Shown here one piece after another: positions 29,018-38,989 of a DNA stretch of 64,000 bases; the first letter of the stretch is position 1; each line of letters opens with the position of its first letter. The notes beneath the pieces are model-generated. The model had not been told where the DNA came from and searched no databases. It was given only the letters and a program-made list of their open reading frames with translations. The position numbers were made by a program, and so were the translations under genes. This DNA comes from an uncultured Verrucomicrobiota bacterium. GTDB lineage: Bacteria; Verrucomicrobiota; Verrucomicrobiia; Verrucomicrobiales; Verrucomicrobiaceae. The stretch covers positions 4,338 through 68,337 of the forward strand of contig CAJCCF010000198.1 of assembly GCA_903960845.1 (NCBI GenBank), given 5' to 3'.

Positions 29018-29484
29018 GCCGTCTCCTGAAACTCTTCGCCCTCTGCTCTCTGCCCTTCGCTTTGGCCTTGGCCGACACCTGCATCACCATCTGGGACACC
29101 AAGTATCACTACAACTACTGGCGGCCCGTGACGGCGATCCAGCGCGCTGATGAAGATGGTAACGGCACCACCATCGCCGACAAAACCTGGGAGCCGCTGC
29201 TCCGCACCCCACCACATCCCGAATACGTCTCCGGCCACTCCGGCATCAGCGGAGCCGCCGCCTCCATCCTGGAGAATCACTTTGGCAAAGAGAACATCAG
29301 CTTTGAAGCCAGCAGTGATGATGTGAAGGACATCAAGCGCCGATTCACTTCCTTTCAAACCTGCGCCGAAGAGATCGCCATGAGCCGCATTTACGGCGGC
29401 ATCCATTTCCCAGCCGCCGGCAGTGAAGGCCTGAAGCTAGGCCGCAAGATCGCCGAATACGCACTCACCCATTTCAAGGAGTGA
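29014..29484 (+). CDS. Short vanadium-haloperoxidase/PAP2-superfamily protein (catalytic domain only)
   Basis: All three PAP2/VHPO motifs present: KYHYNYWRP, PEYVSGH, SRIYGGIHF. Only 156 aa. Confidence 0.8.
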   Translation: MSRLLKLFALCSLPFALALADTCITIWDTKYHYNYWRPVTAIQRADEDGNGTTIADKTWEPLLRTPPHPEYVSGHSGISGAAASILENHFGKENISFEASSDDVKDIKRRFTSFQTCAEEIAMSRIYGGIHFPAAGSEGLKLGRKIAEYALTHFKE

Positions 29485-29586
29485 TGTGGTTTCCGCTGGT
29501 CGGGTTGCCCCAAGGAATTTCTTCGACAAATCATGCGCTGTCTTGCGCGCTCTCCGGGCATTGTCTATTCTACGCCTCCCGCTCTT

Positions 29587-30873
29587 ATGAAAATTGCCCA
29601 GAAATCCCTTTGCGTCGGCATCGTCGGTGCCGGTCCTGCAGGTGCCACACTCGCCTGCCTGCTGGCCCGAGAGGGGGTGGATGTCGGGTTTTTCGATGAT
29701 GGCAAGCGGCCCGACATGGTTGTCGGCGAGTCTCTCATTCCGCGCCTGGTCACAGTTTTTCGCAAGCTCGGCATCGAGGACGATGTGGCTGCTCTTGGCA
29801 CCTACAAGCCGGGTGTGACCTGGATTTTCGATGAAAATGATGCGCTGGAGCTTTCCTTCACCGCCATGCGTGGCGTGCTGCCGACCTACGCTTACAACGT
29901 GCCTCGAAAACCGTTTGATGATTTGATTCATGAAACGGCACTAAAAGCCGGTGCGCGTTTCATCCCATGCAACGTGAAGCTGGAAATCGGCCAGACCGAG
30001 CGTGGTGAAAAGGTGCCGCGTCTTGCCGCTGAAACGTTGGCCCTGGTGCCTGAATGGAAGGGGAAGCAACCCGATCTGCTGGTGGATGCCAGCGGTCGAC
30101 GCCGCCTGTTTGCCAAGCTGCTGGGACTGACGGCCAAAGTCGGGCAGCGCAAGGATGTCTCCCATTTTGCCCACTATGAGAATGTCATGATGCCCAAGCC
30201 CGCCGGTCAAACCGTCATCACCCGGCTGAAGCACGGATGGTCCTGGCGCATCCCCCTGCAGCACGCCCTCTCCATCGGCGTCGTTGTGGATAAGGATCAT
30301 GCCCGGCAATACGGCAGCACCGCGGAAGAGCAGCTTGAAGCGATGATCGATCAAAACAAGCCTTTGGCCGAAGCCTGCCCCGATCGCAAGCGCATCAGCC
30401 CTGTCACCACCTACGCAAATTATCAGCTTATTTCGGATGAAGGGCATGGCGAGGGCTGGGTCAGTGTGGGTGATTCGTTCGGTTTCGTCGATCCCATGCT
30501 TTCTCCCGGCCTCTGCATGGCCATGACCTCTGCCGAGATGCTCGCCGACGCGATTTTGCACAACACACCCTCAGGCTGGGACAGGGCTTTCACGGATTAC
30601 CTCGATTGGTTTCGTGAGATGCTCAAGGCCTGGCAGGAACTGGTGGACATCTTCTACAGCGGGCAAATCTTTGCCCTCCAGCGCACGGGCAATGACATGT
30701 CGCGCCGTTTCCCCGGAAAGATCAGCATGATCATGCAGCGACACTTTGAAAAAAACATCTCAGGCATGGCCGGCGGCGGACTCACCACGCACCCCTACAG
30801 CCGCAATTTGCTGCGCTTCATGACCCGTTACGGCATCTACGGTCATGAGCCTTCGGACTTTGCCGTCCTGTAG
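29587..30873 (+). CDS. FAD-dependent oxidoreductase, flavin-dependent halogenase-like
   Basis: GAGPAG, VGESLIP, TYKPGVTW (candidate catalytic Lys), DASG, GWSWRIP (WxWxIP), GDSFGFVDPMLSPG. Confidence 0.8.
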   Translation: MKIAQKSLCVGIVGAGPAGATLACLLAREGVDVGFFDDGKRPDMVVGESLIPRLVTVFRKLGIEDDVAALGTYKPGVTWIFDENDALELSFTAMRGVLPTYAYNVPRKPFDDLIHETALKAGARFIPCNVKLEIGQTERGEKVPRLAAETLALVPEWKGKQPDLLVDASGRRRLFAKLLGLTAKVGQRKDVSHFAHYENVMMPKPAGQTVITRLKHGWSWRIPLQHALSIGVVVDKDHARQYGSTAEEQLEAMIDQNKPLAEACPDRKRISPVTTYANYQLISDEGHGEGWVSVGDSFGFVDPMLSPGLCMAMTSAEMLADAILHNTPSGWDRAFTDYLDWFREMLKAWQELVDIFYSGQIFALQRTGNDMSRRFPGKISMIMQRHFEKNISGMAGGGLTTHPYSRNLLRFMTRYGIYGHEPSDFAVL

Positions 30874-31041
30874 CATGACTCCGGTTCACGGGGCGGTTTC
30901 AGCCATCCCGTTTGCCGGGTTGGCTGGCTGATTCGTCAAGCTCACTGCATGGGAGTCGTTGTCGCGGCCCGCCCTTGCCAAAATCCCCATCCCGTCCACT
31001 GTGCCCACCCTCGCGGACTCAACCCGCCTTTTCTTTGCATC

Positions 31042-34000
31042 ATGTTTGACTGGATCATCAAAAAAATCATCGGCACCAAGAACCAGCGTACTGTCAAACG
31101 CCTGCAACCCATCGTGCACGAGATCAACCGTCTTGAAGCCCAATTGCAGAATGAGTCGGATGATGCGCTGCGCGAGCGTTGCGCGAAATGGAAAGCCCAG
31201 TTCCGTGCCTTCCATACCCCTGAGTTTCTTGGCGGCGTGTCACTGCGCATTGCGACCGAAGATCAGGTGGATGCCTGCCTGTCCCACGTGGCGGGTTATT
31301 TCAATGCCCTGAAGACGCATTTCCCCGCGCTCGAAGACGCCTATCTGGCAGAGGGCAGCTGGTCTGGAAAAACCCTGGATGACAAGAAGGCCCGAATCGA
31401 TCAGGCGCGTGAGGCCTGGAACCAGATCCAGCCCAAGTTCCTCGCCATCGAGTCCAAGATGCTCGATGCCATCATGCCTGAAGTTTATGCCGTGGTGAAA
31501 AACACCGCCCGGCGTCTTTGCGGTCAGGAGCACATCGTCTGCGATATGCCGCTGAAGTGGAACATGGTTCACTTCGACGTGCAGCTCATCGGCGGTATCG
31601 CCCTGCATCGCGGCATGATCGCCGAAATGGCCACGGGTGAAGGCAAGACGCTCGTCGGCACCCTGCCTGTCACGCTGAATGCACTCACAGGCCGCGGCGT
31701 GCACGTCGTCACCGTGAATGATTATCTGGCGCGTCGTGACTCGGAATGGATGGGCTATCTCTACAAGTTTCTCGGCCTCACTGTCGGCTGCATTCAGAAT
31801 GACCAGCCAAGCCATTTCCGTCGCGAGCAGTACGAGTGTGACATCACCTTCGGCACAAACAGTGAGTTTGGTTTTGACTACCTTCGTGACAACGGCATGG
31901 CCTCCAGCCGTGAGCAGCAGGTGCAGCGCGGTCACTACTTTGCCATTGTTGATGAAGTGGACTCCGTCCTCATCGATGAAGCCCGCACGCCGCTCATCAT
32001 CAGCGGTCCCGTCGCCGGAGCCGACAGCACGCATCAATATGAGCGCTACAAGCCGCTTGTTGAACAGTTGGTTCGCCGCCAGAACACCCTCTGCAACAGC
32101 CTTGTGGGCCAGGCAAAGGAAGACGTTGCCAGGGGCGATTTCGAGCTCGCCGGGCGCAAGCTTTATCAGGTCAAACTCGGCCAGCCAAAGAACCGCGGCC
32201 TCCTGCGCTGCATGGAAGATGCCGAGCTTCGTCGTGCTTTGGAAAAGGCCGAGCTGAAGATGTACGAGGACACGCAGAAGAAGGATCTCTTTGCCCTCAA
32301 GGAGGAGCTTTACTACTTCATCGAAGAGAAGAGCCACGATGCCGACCTCACCGAGATGGGGCGCAGCTTCCTCAGCCCTGACGAGCCGGATGCCTTTGTG
32401 TTGCCGGACCTCGCCACACTATTCTCCGAGATCGATGGAGATCCATCCACGACCACGGCTCAGAAGACGCAGAAGAAGAATGAATTGCAGGACCGCCTGT
32501 CTCATCAGGGCCAGCGCATCCACCAGATCAGCCAGCTGCTCCGCGCCTACTGTCTCTACGAGAAGGATGTCGAATACGTTGTCGAGGAAAACAAGGTCGT
32601 CATCGTCGATGCCCAGACGGGTCGTAAAATGTCAGGCCGCCGCTGGAGTGATGGCCTGCATCAGGCCGTGGAAGCCAAGGAAGGCGTGCAGATTGATGCC
32701 GAAACCCAGACTCTGGCGACCATCACCATTCAGAATTATTTCCGCCTGTACCTGAAACTGGGCGGCATGACTGGCACGGCAGAAACGGACGCCTCGGAGT
32801 TCCATGACATCTACGGTTTGGACGTGCTTACCATCCCGACCAATCAGCCGGTGAAGCGCATCGATCAAAATGACAGCATCTTTAAGACGCGCCGTGAAAA
32901 GTACAATGCCGCCATCGCCATGATCCGCGAGCGCCACGCCAAAGGCCAGCCGCTCCTAGTCGGCACGGCCAGCGTGGATGCGTCTGAAACGGTCAGCCGA
33001 ATGCTCAAGCTGCAAAAAATTCCGCACTCGGTTCTCAACGCCAAATATCACCGTCAGGAGGCCGAGATCATTGCGCGAGCCGGCCAGCGCGGTGCTGTGA
33101 CCATCGCCACAAACATGGCTGGTCGTGGTACGGATATCAAACTTGGAGAAGGCGTCGCTGAACTTGGCGGTCTCATGGTGCTCGCTACCGAACGTCATGA
33201 ATCGCGTCGCGTGGATCGACAGCTTCGTGGTCGCTGCGCCCGTCAGGGTGATCCGGGTGAGAGCAAATTCTTCCTCGCTTTTGAGGATGATCTGATGCGC
33301 AACTTCGGCGCCGCTGATCGCATGACGAAAATCATGGAGCGGTTCGGCATGGCGGAGGGAGAGGAGCTCCAGCACCCCTGGTTGAACCGCAGCGTCGAGA
33401 CCGCACAAAAGCGCGTCGAGCAGCGCAACTACACGGGGCGCAAGCGCGTGCTGGAATATGACGATGTGATGAACCAGCAGCGCGAGGTCATCTACGAATG
33501 GCGCAACGACGTGCTGCAAAGCAACGATCCGCGTGTTCTCCTCAATGACGCTGTCGAGAAGGGGCTCAAGGAACGCCTGGGCGAGTTTCTGCCGAACGAA
33601 AAGGGTAGCGACATCGAGCCTGATTACGACAACCTGCTCCAGTGGGTGAACACCACCTTCCCAATCGGCCTGCGTGAATTTGATGACGCCTTCATGGTTC
33701 TCGATTTTGAGGCTCAGGCGAATTTCATCAAGGAGAAGGTTCTCCATGCCTATGACGTCAAGGTTGGCGGCGCGAATCCGCAGGCGCTTCAAGAGATCGA
33801 AAAAATGATCCTTCTCAACGCCATCGACCGCCTGTGGCAGGAGCACCTCTATGCATTGGACGCCCTGAAGGAAGGAATCGGCCTGCGCAGCTACGGTCAG
33901 AAAGACCCGCTGATTGAGTTCAAACAGGAGGCCTTCATCATCTTCTCCGACCTGATGCGGAACATCAATGGGGAGGTTCTCAGCAACCTCTTCAAGAGCA

Positions 34001-34260
34001 CGCAGCAACTCGCCGCCTTTGAGCAGTTCCTGGCTCAGATGGCCATGATGCAGCAGGCACCGGCAAACAATGTGCCGCCGCTCCTGTCCGAAGAGGAGCC
34101 TGTGAAGGAAAAACCTCACAACCCGGGCAGTGACGGCCCGAAACTGATCTTTCCTGGCGCCATCCCTCAAAAGAAACCATTGGCCACTGTCGGGCGCAAT
34201 GATCCCTGCCCATGCGGCAGTGGCAAAAAGTTCAAGGCCTGCTGCGGTCGCATCGCCTAA
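31042..34260 (+). CDS. secA: Preprotein translocase ATPase SecA (long form)
   Basis: EMATGEGKT, VTVNDYLARRD, IVDEVDSVLIDEARTPLIISG, ATNMAGRGTDI, C-terminal GRNDPCPCGSGKKFKACC. Confidence 0.98.
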   Translation: MFDWIIKKIIGTKNQRTVKRLQPIVHEINRLEAQLQNESDDALRERCAKWKAQFRAFHTPEFLGGVSLRIATEDQVDACLSHVAGYFNALKTHFPALEDAYLAEGSWSGKTLDDKKARIDQAREAWNQIQPKFLAIESKMLDAIMPEVYAVVKNTARRLCGQEHIVCDMPLKWNMVHFDVQLIGGIALHRGMIAEMATGEGKTLVGTLPVTLNALTGRGVHVVTVNDYLARRDSEWMGYLYKFLGLTVGCIQNDQPSHFRREQYECDITFGTNSEFGFDYLRDNGMASSREQQVQRGHYFAIVDEVDSVLIDEARTPLIISGPVAGADSTHQYERYKPLVEQLVRRQNTLCNSLVGQAKEDVARGDFELAGRKLYQVKLGQPKNRGLLRCMEDAELRRALEKAELKMYEDTQKKDLFALKEELYYFIEEKSHDADLTEMGRSFLSPDEPDAFVLPDLATLFSEIDGDPSTTTAQKTQKKNELQDRLSHQGQRIHQISQLLRAYCLYEKDVEYVVEENKVVIVDAQTGRKMSGRRWSDGLHQAVEAKEGVQIDAETQTLATITIQNYFRLYLKLGGMTGTAETDASEFHDIYGLDVLTIPTNQPVKRIDQNDSIFKTRREKYNAAIAMIRERHAKGQPLLVGTASVDASETVSRMLKLQKIPHSVLNAKYHRQEAEIIARAGQRGAVTIATNMAGRGTDIKLGEGVAELGGLMVLATERHESRRVDRQLRGRCARQGDPGESKFFLAFEDDLMRNFGAADRMTKIMERFGMAEGEELQHPWLNRSVETAQKRVEQRNYTGRKRVLEYDDVMNQQREVIYEWRNDVLQSNDPRVLLNDAVEKGLKERLGEFLPNEKGSDIEPDYDNLLQWVNTTFPIGLREFDDAFMVLDFEAQANFIKEKVLHAYDVKVGGANPQALQEIEKMILLNAIDRLWQEHLYALDALKEGIGLRSYGQKDPLIEFKQEAFIIFSDLMRNINGEVLSNLFKSTQQLAAFEQFLAQMAMMQQAPANNVPPLLSEEEPVKEKPHNPGSDGPKLIFPGAIPQKKPLATVGRNDPCPCGSGKKFKACCGRIA

Positions 34261-34283
34261 CGGCGCAGGGTTGTGTGCCCCGA

Positions 34284-34775
34284 ATGTATCTCATGAATGA
34301 ATCCACTCTCCAGTCCGCCCTGAGCAATCCGCATAATCTCGGCGAAATGGCTGATGCTGATGCCGTGGGCACTGTCGGCTCACCGGACTGCGGTGACATG
34401 GTGCGCATGTGGTTGAAGTTCAAAGACAAGGACGGCCGGAAGGTCATCGATAAAGCCAGCTTTCAATCCTTTGGCTGCCAGACTGCGATCGCCGTGGCCA
34501 GTCTTGCCACGGAGTTGATTCGCGGAAAGACAAAGGAGGAGGCGCTGCTGATGAGCGCCGAGGAACTCAGTGCGCCGCTCGGCCCGCTGCCACCCATGAA
34601 GATTCATTGCGGTCAGATGGTCGAAGGCGCGCTGAAGGCAGCGCTTGAGGCGGAAAGCAATTCAGCACCCGCGATCGTGATTTCTGAAAATCGCTCTTCA
34701 GGTCCAACTTTGGCCGACAGCCTCAATGCTGCGGGCAAGACTGCCGGCAAGATCAAGATCGTGATGCAAAGCTGA
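34284..34775 (+). CDS. IscU/NifU N-terminal-type Fe-S scaffold protein
   Basis: NPHNLG, GSPDCGD, FGCQTAIA, PMKIHC (three conserved Cys). Confidence 0.9.
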   Translation: MYLMNESTLQSALSNPHNLGEMADADAVGTVGSPDCGDMVRMWLKFKDKDGRKVIDKASFQSFGCQTAIAVASLATELIRGKTKEEALLMSAEELSAPLGPLPPMKIHCGQMVEGALKAALEAESNSAPAIVISENRSSGPTLADSLNAAGKTAGKIKIVMQS

Positions 34776-34861
34776 TATCTCCGCTGGAGAGGCCGGAGGT
34801 GGTGAATGGAACACCTGCCTTGTAACCGCTTGAATCTCCAATACCTCCCGCTCAATCATTC

Positions 34862-35533
34862 ATGGCCAGCATTCAAAAAATCCCCACCGGCGATTTCAGT
34901 CCGTTCTACGGATGCGCCATCATGACCATGGCCGCGATGACCTTCGGCGGCATCATCGCCTGGAGCGCGTATTCGCTGATCACGCAGGACAAAGCGATCG
35001 AGGTCTTCACCGTCAATGAACCGGTAAAGATGGCTGCCATCAATCTGCCGGTGGAAATGAAGGCGGCGTTGGAAAAGCGGCTCACGGACTTTGCCGCAGG
35101 AGCCAGGGCAGGGCAGATGGTGGAGCTGACATTGAACATCGCCGAGCTGAATGCCCTGCTCACCATGGCGCCTGACAGCGGTTACGGCAGCTACGCCGAA
35201 CTGCTGCGCTTTGAGAAAACGGATCCCGCCAAAAGCACTCTTAGCGGTCAGGTCAGTCTGCCGATGAACCGGCTCAAATTTTGGGAGGGGAGGAAGCGCT
35301 ACTTGAATGGCGAAGCTGTCTTTCTCATCTATGTCCACGAGGAAGGCATCGACGCCAAAATGGTGGAGGTGAAAGTGCCTGGAAAAACCGTTGCCGAAGG
35401 CTTTGTTAACGGAATGGAGATCTGGCCTTGGATCGGCCCGTATCGGAAAATCGAGCCGCTGGGCACAGTGCTGAAGCTCATCAAGAAAGTGACTGTCACG
35501 GCAGACGGCGTGACGCTCAGCACGAAGGTCTAG
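34862..35533 (+). CDS. Hypothetical membrane-anchored protein
   Basis: 223-aa ORF with one N-terminal TM segment and host-like codon usage. Confidence 0.7.
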   Translation: MASIQKIPTGDFSPFYGCAIMTMAAMTFGGIIAWSAYSLITQDKAIEVFTVNEPVKMAAINLPVEMKAALEKRLTDFAAGARAGQMVELTLNIAELNALLTMAPDSGYGSYAELLRFEKTDPAKSTLSGQVSLPMNRLKFWEGRKRYLNGEAVFLIYVHEEGIDAKMVEVKVPGKTVAEGFVNGMEIWPWIGPYRKIEPLGTVLKLIKKVTVTADGVTLSTKV

Positions 35534-35556
35534 AAATTGCGGACGATAATTCGGTG

Positions 35557-36177
35557 CTATCTGGCAAACGAAGTGCAGTAACCCGGGTTGCCATGGGCAC
35601 TGCGGAACAGCACCCTCAGGTAACTGCCCGAGAAACTGCCGGGCATCGTGAACATCAAAGGTGGGCAATAGCCGCCTGATCCATATGGGAAACCGAAGCC
35701 CTGCTGGAGCTGTGGGTGGTAGCTACGACTGTCATAGATTGCCCCCAGTGCGGGCAGGATTGGATATGCAGGGATGACGGGTGACTTTGCGATTGCTTGG
35801 CGCTCCGCATCAGCCTGAGCTTCCAGAAGGAGTTGGCGATTGAGTGCCATGTGCGCGGCTTCTGCCATGGCCCGACTGAGTTCAGCATCCCGCCTGGAGC
35901 GTTGTGCCGCGATTTGCTGCCGGCGCTCATTGATCACACACTCATAGGCGGCGGCTTTGGCTGGGTCATATCCAAACCTTGTGCGCCATGCTTCGGGCAG
36001 ATCAGTGAACAGGATCTTGGCTGCGCCATTGGCATGCGTGAAGGAAACGCCGTCCGGGTGCACTCGAACGACCTCACACTGATGGTAAATCTTATGTTGG
36101 AGTGTGGTGATCTGATCAATCGGGTCAGCCCGAATGCCGCTTAGTGATAGAGCAAATAGAATCAGGAAGGCTTTCAT
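35557..36177 (-). CDS. Hypothetical secreted protein
   Basis: Signal peptide MKAFLILFALSLSGIRA; small beta domain (RVHPDGVSF...F.DLP...FGYDP) followed by a coiled coil. Confidence 0.7.
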   Translation of the reverse strand: MKAFLILFALSLSGIRADPIDQITTLQHKIYHQCEVVRVHPDGVSFTHANGAAKILFTDLPEAWRTRFGYDPAKAAAYECVINERRQQIAAQRSRRDAELSRAMAEAAHMALNRQLLLEAQADAERQAIAKSPVIPAYPILPALGAIYDSRSYHPQLQQGFGFPYGSGGYCPPLMFTMPGSFSGSYLRVLFRSAHGNPGYCTSFAR

Positions 36178-36337
36178 TGTCCGGTGAGATTCATTTGATG
36201 ACGAATGACATCATGCATCACCGGTAGCTTGAAAGTCCAGATCTGAGTTGCTCCTTTGTCCGCGACACACTTGCCGGTTGTGGTTGGGCTGATTCCTGCT
36301 ATCTCAGCGCGGCTTGTAACTTCCTGTGGAAGCACGC

Positions 36338-36366
36338 TTGCCAAACCCCCTATATTTAAGTACACT
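36338..36366 (+). promoter_or_regulatory. Sigma-70 promoter of eno
   Basis: TTGCCA (36338-43), 17-nt spacer, TACACT (36361-66); 14 nt upstream of the ATG. Confidence 0.7.
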
Positions 36367-36377
36367 TAACAAATTAA

Positions 36378-37667
<1,290 letters not shown>

Positions 37668-37696
37668 TTCACAACGCCGCGCGATTCGGCATCACT

Positions 37697-38029
37697 ATGA
37701 AGTATCAGGAAATCCAGATTGAGCATGAAAGGCCTCAGCGCGTTGAACGCTGCCTGAGGGGGATCGTGCGAGTCGGGAAATTCTGTCTCCTGCTTCTGGT
37801 GGTGCCGGTCGTGGTGGCCGTATATCGGCAACCATTGGCAGAGCAAAATGCCCAGCGTGCGAAACTTCAGGCCATGAAGATCCAGCGCGATGGCCTCATG
37901 GCCCAACGTGACAAACTTCTGCGCCAGGTCGAGTGGATCAAAACCGACGCCAGTTACCTGGAAATCCGCGCCCGTGATCACGAGCACATGCATAAGAAGG
38001 GTGAGTATGTGATCCGGTTCGAGGAATAG
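37697..38029 (+). CDS. Septum formation initiator (FtsB/DivIC-like)
   Basis: TM plus coiled coil plus YLEIRARD...KKGE; conserved eno-ftsB order. Confidence 0.8.
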   Translation: MKYQEIQIEHERPQRVERCLRGIVRVGKFCLLLLVVPVVVAVYRQPLAEQNAQRAKLQAMKIQRDGLMAQRDKLLRQVEWIKTDASYLEIRARDHEHMHKKGEYVIRFEE

Positions 38030-38045
38030 TCACTTCACTTTCACT

Positions 38046-38071
38046 GCGGCCCGCCATGGGCCGCTTTTTTT
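38046..38071 (+). terminator. Rho-independent terminator of eno-ftsB
   Basis: GCGGCCC-GCCAT-GGGCCGC followed by T7. Confidence 0.85.
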
Positions 38072-38116
38072 ATCTGGTTGGGTTTCACTCCTTTTCTTTC
38101 CTCACGACAATTCCCC

Positions 38117-38665
38117 ATGCGCTTTCTTGTCCTCCTTTCTCCATTCCTGCTGACTCAATGTGTCGATCAATTTGGCAATTTGACGAGCCCCTTTGGCCCG
38201 CAGTCGCCACAGCCCTACACGGATCAGCGCGAGCAGTATCGCAGCCAGTCGCGCGACGATTCACAGGAGCAGAATCAGTCAGCCTATGAGCGCGGTATCG
38301 CCGATGCGCGCATGGATTCATCCGCTGGTTTGTTGAAGAGCTTCAACCGGCATTATCAGAGCTACACACCGGCCACCCAGGCTGCGTATCAGGCAGGTTA
38401 TGATCAAGGCTATGCCCCCACACTTGCCCCTTTGCCTGGTGCACAGCCTTGGCAACCCCAGTCGCAGCCTCCATCACCCTATGCTGGCGCGGGTTCCCCG
38501 CCGCCAGCCAACGACCCTGCCTACAATCAGGGCTACGATTATGGCGTCCGCGACCGGGTTGGAGGCCGCCCCAATGACCCTGGGGCCCATGTCGGCAGCT
38601 ATGATCCACGCTACCGTCGCAGCTTCGAGCGCGGCTATGTCGATGCCTATTCGGCCCGCCAGTGA
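38117..38665 (+). CDS. Putative lipoprotein with two YxxG-rich repeats
   Basis: MRFLVLLSPFLLTQC lipobox-like; AYERG..D...AYQAGYDQGY and AYNQGY..G..D...SFERGYVDAY. Confidence 0.65.
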   Translation: MRFLVLLSPFLLTQCVDQFGNLTSPFGPQSPQPYTDQREQYRSQSRDDSQEQNQSAYERGIADARMDSSAGLLKSFNRHYQSYTPATQAAYQAGYDQGYAPTLAPLPGAQPWQPQSQPPSPYAGAGSPPPANDPAYNQGYDYGVRDRVGGRPNDPGAHVGSYDPRYRRSFERGYVDAYSARQ

Positions 38666-38760
38666 TTGTGCGCTCCTTGCTGACTCGACTGAATCTCAGG
38701 AATAATCAGGATGTGATGGGTGGATCACCACCTTGTCATTCAAACCACTTCAAAATGAAG

Positions 38761-38845
38761 TGGTGCTCGGGAAGGGACTCGAACCCTTAAGCCTTTCGGC
38801 ACAGGATCCTTAATCCTGCGCGTATACCAATTCCGCCACCTGAGC
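38761..38845 (-). tRNA. tRNA-Leu (anticodon AAG)
   Basis: GCTCAGGTGGCGGAATTGGTATACGCG-CAGGA-TTAAGGA-TCCTG-TGCCGAAAGGCTT-AAGGG-TTCGAGT-CCCTT-CCCGAGC-A-CCA: class II variable arm, A73 discriminator, encoded CCA. Confidence 0.93.
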
Positions 38846-38861
38846 ATGTCCTGCTGAATGC

Positions 38862-38897
38862 AGGGCGCGGAGTATAGCTTTCCTACAGCAGATGCAA
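38862..38897 (-). promoter_or_regulatory. Probable stable-RNA promoter of tRNA-Leu
   Basis: TATACT -10 followed by a GC-rich discriminator CCGCGCCC. TTGCAT lies upstream with a short 15-nt spacer. Confidence 0.5.
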
Positions 38898-38925
38898 CTG
38901 GAGTTTTGGCTTTTTACGTGGCGAT

Positions 38926-38963
38926 AAAAGAAGAAGACCGATGAGTTTGGGCTCATCGGTCTT
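38926..38963 (-). terminator. Rho-independent terminator downstream of sucC
   Basis: 12-bp stem AAGACCGATGAG / CTCATCGGTCTT, followed by CTTCTTTT on the minus strand. Confidence 0.75.
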
Positions 38964-38989
38964 TGGTCAGAGGGGATTTGAATTGCAGG

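Noticed and set aside
34284-34775. Isolated IscU-like gene as a new Fe-S system
   Set aside because: Stand-alone scaffold genes are common; nothing else Fe-S-related is linked.
38700-38845. tRNA-Leu as an integration site of a genomic island
   Set aside because: No integrase, and I did not see a duplicated tRNA 3' end in the window; flanks are housekeeping genes.
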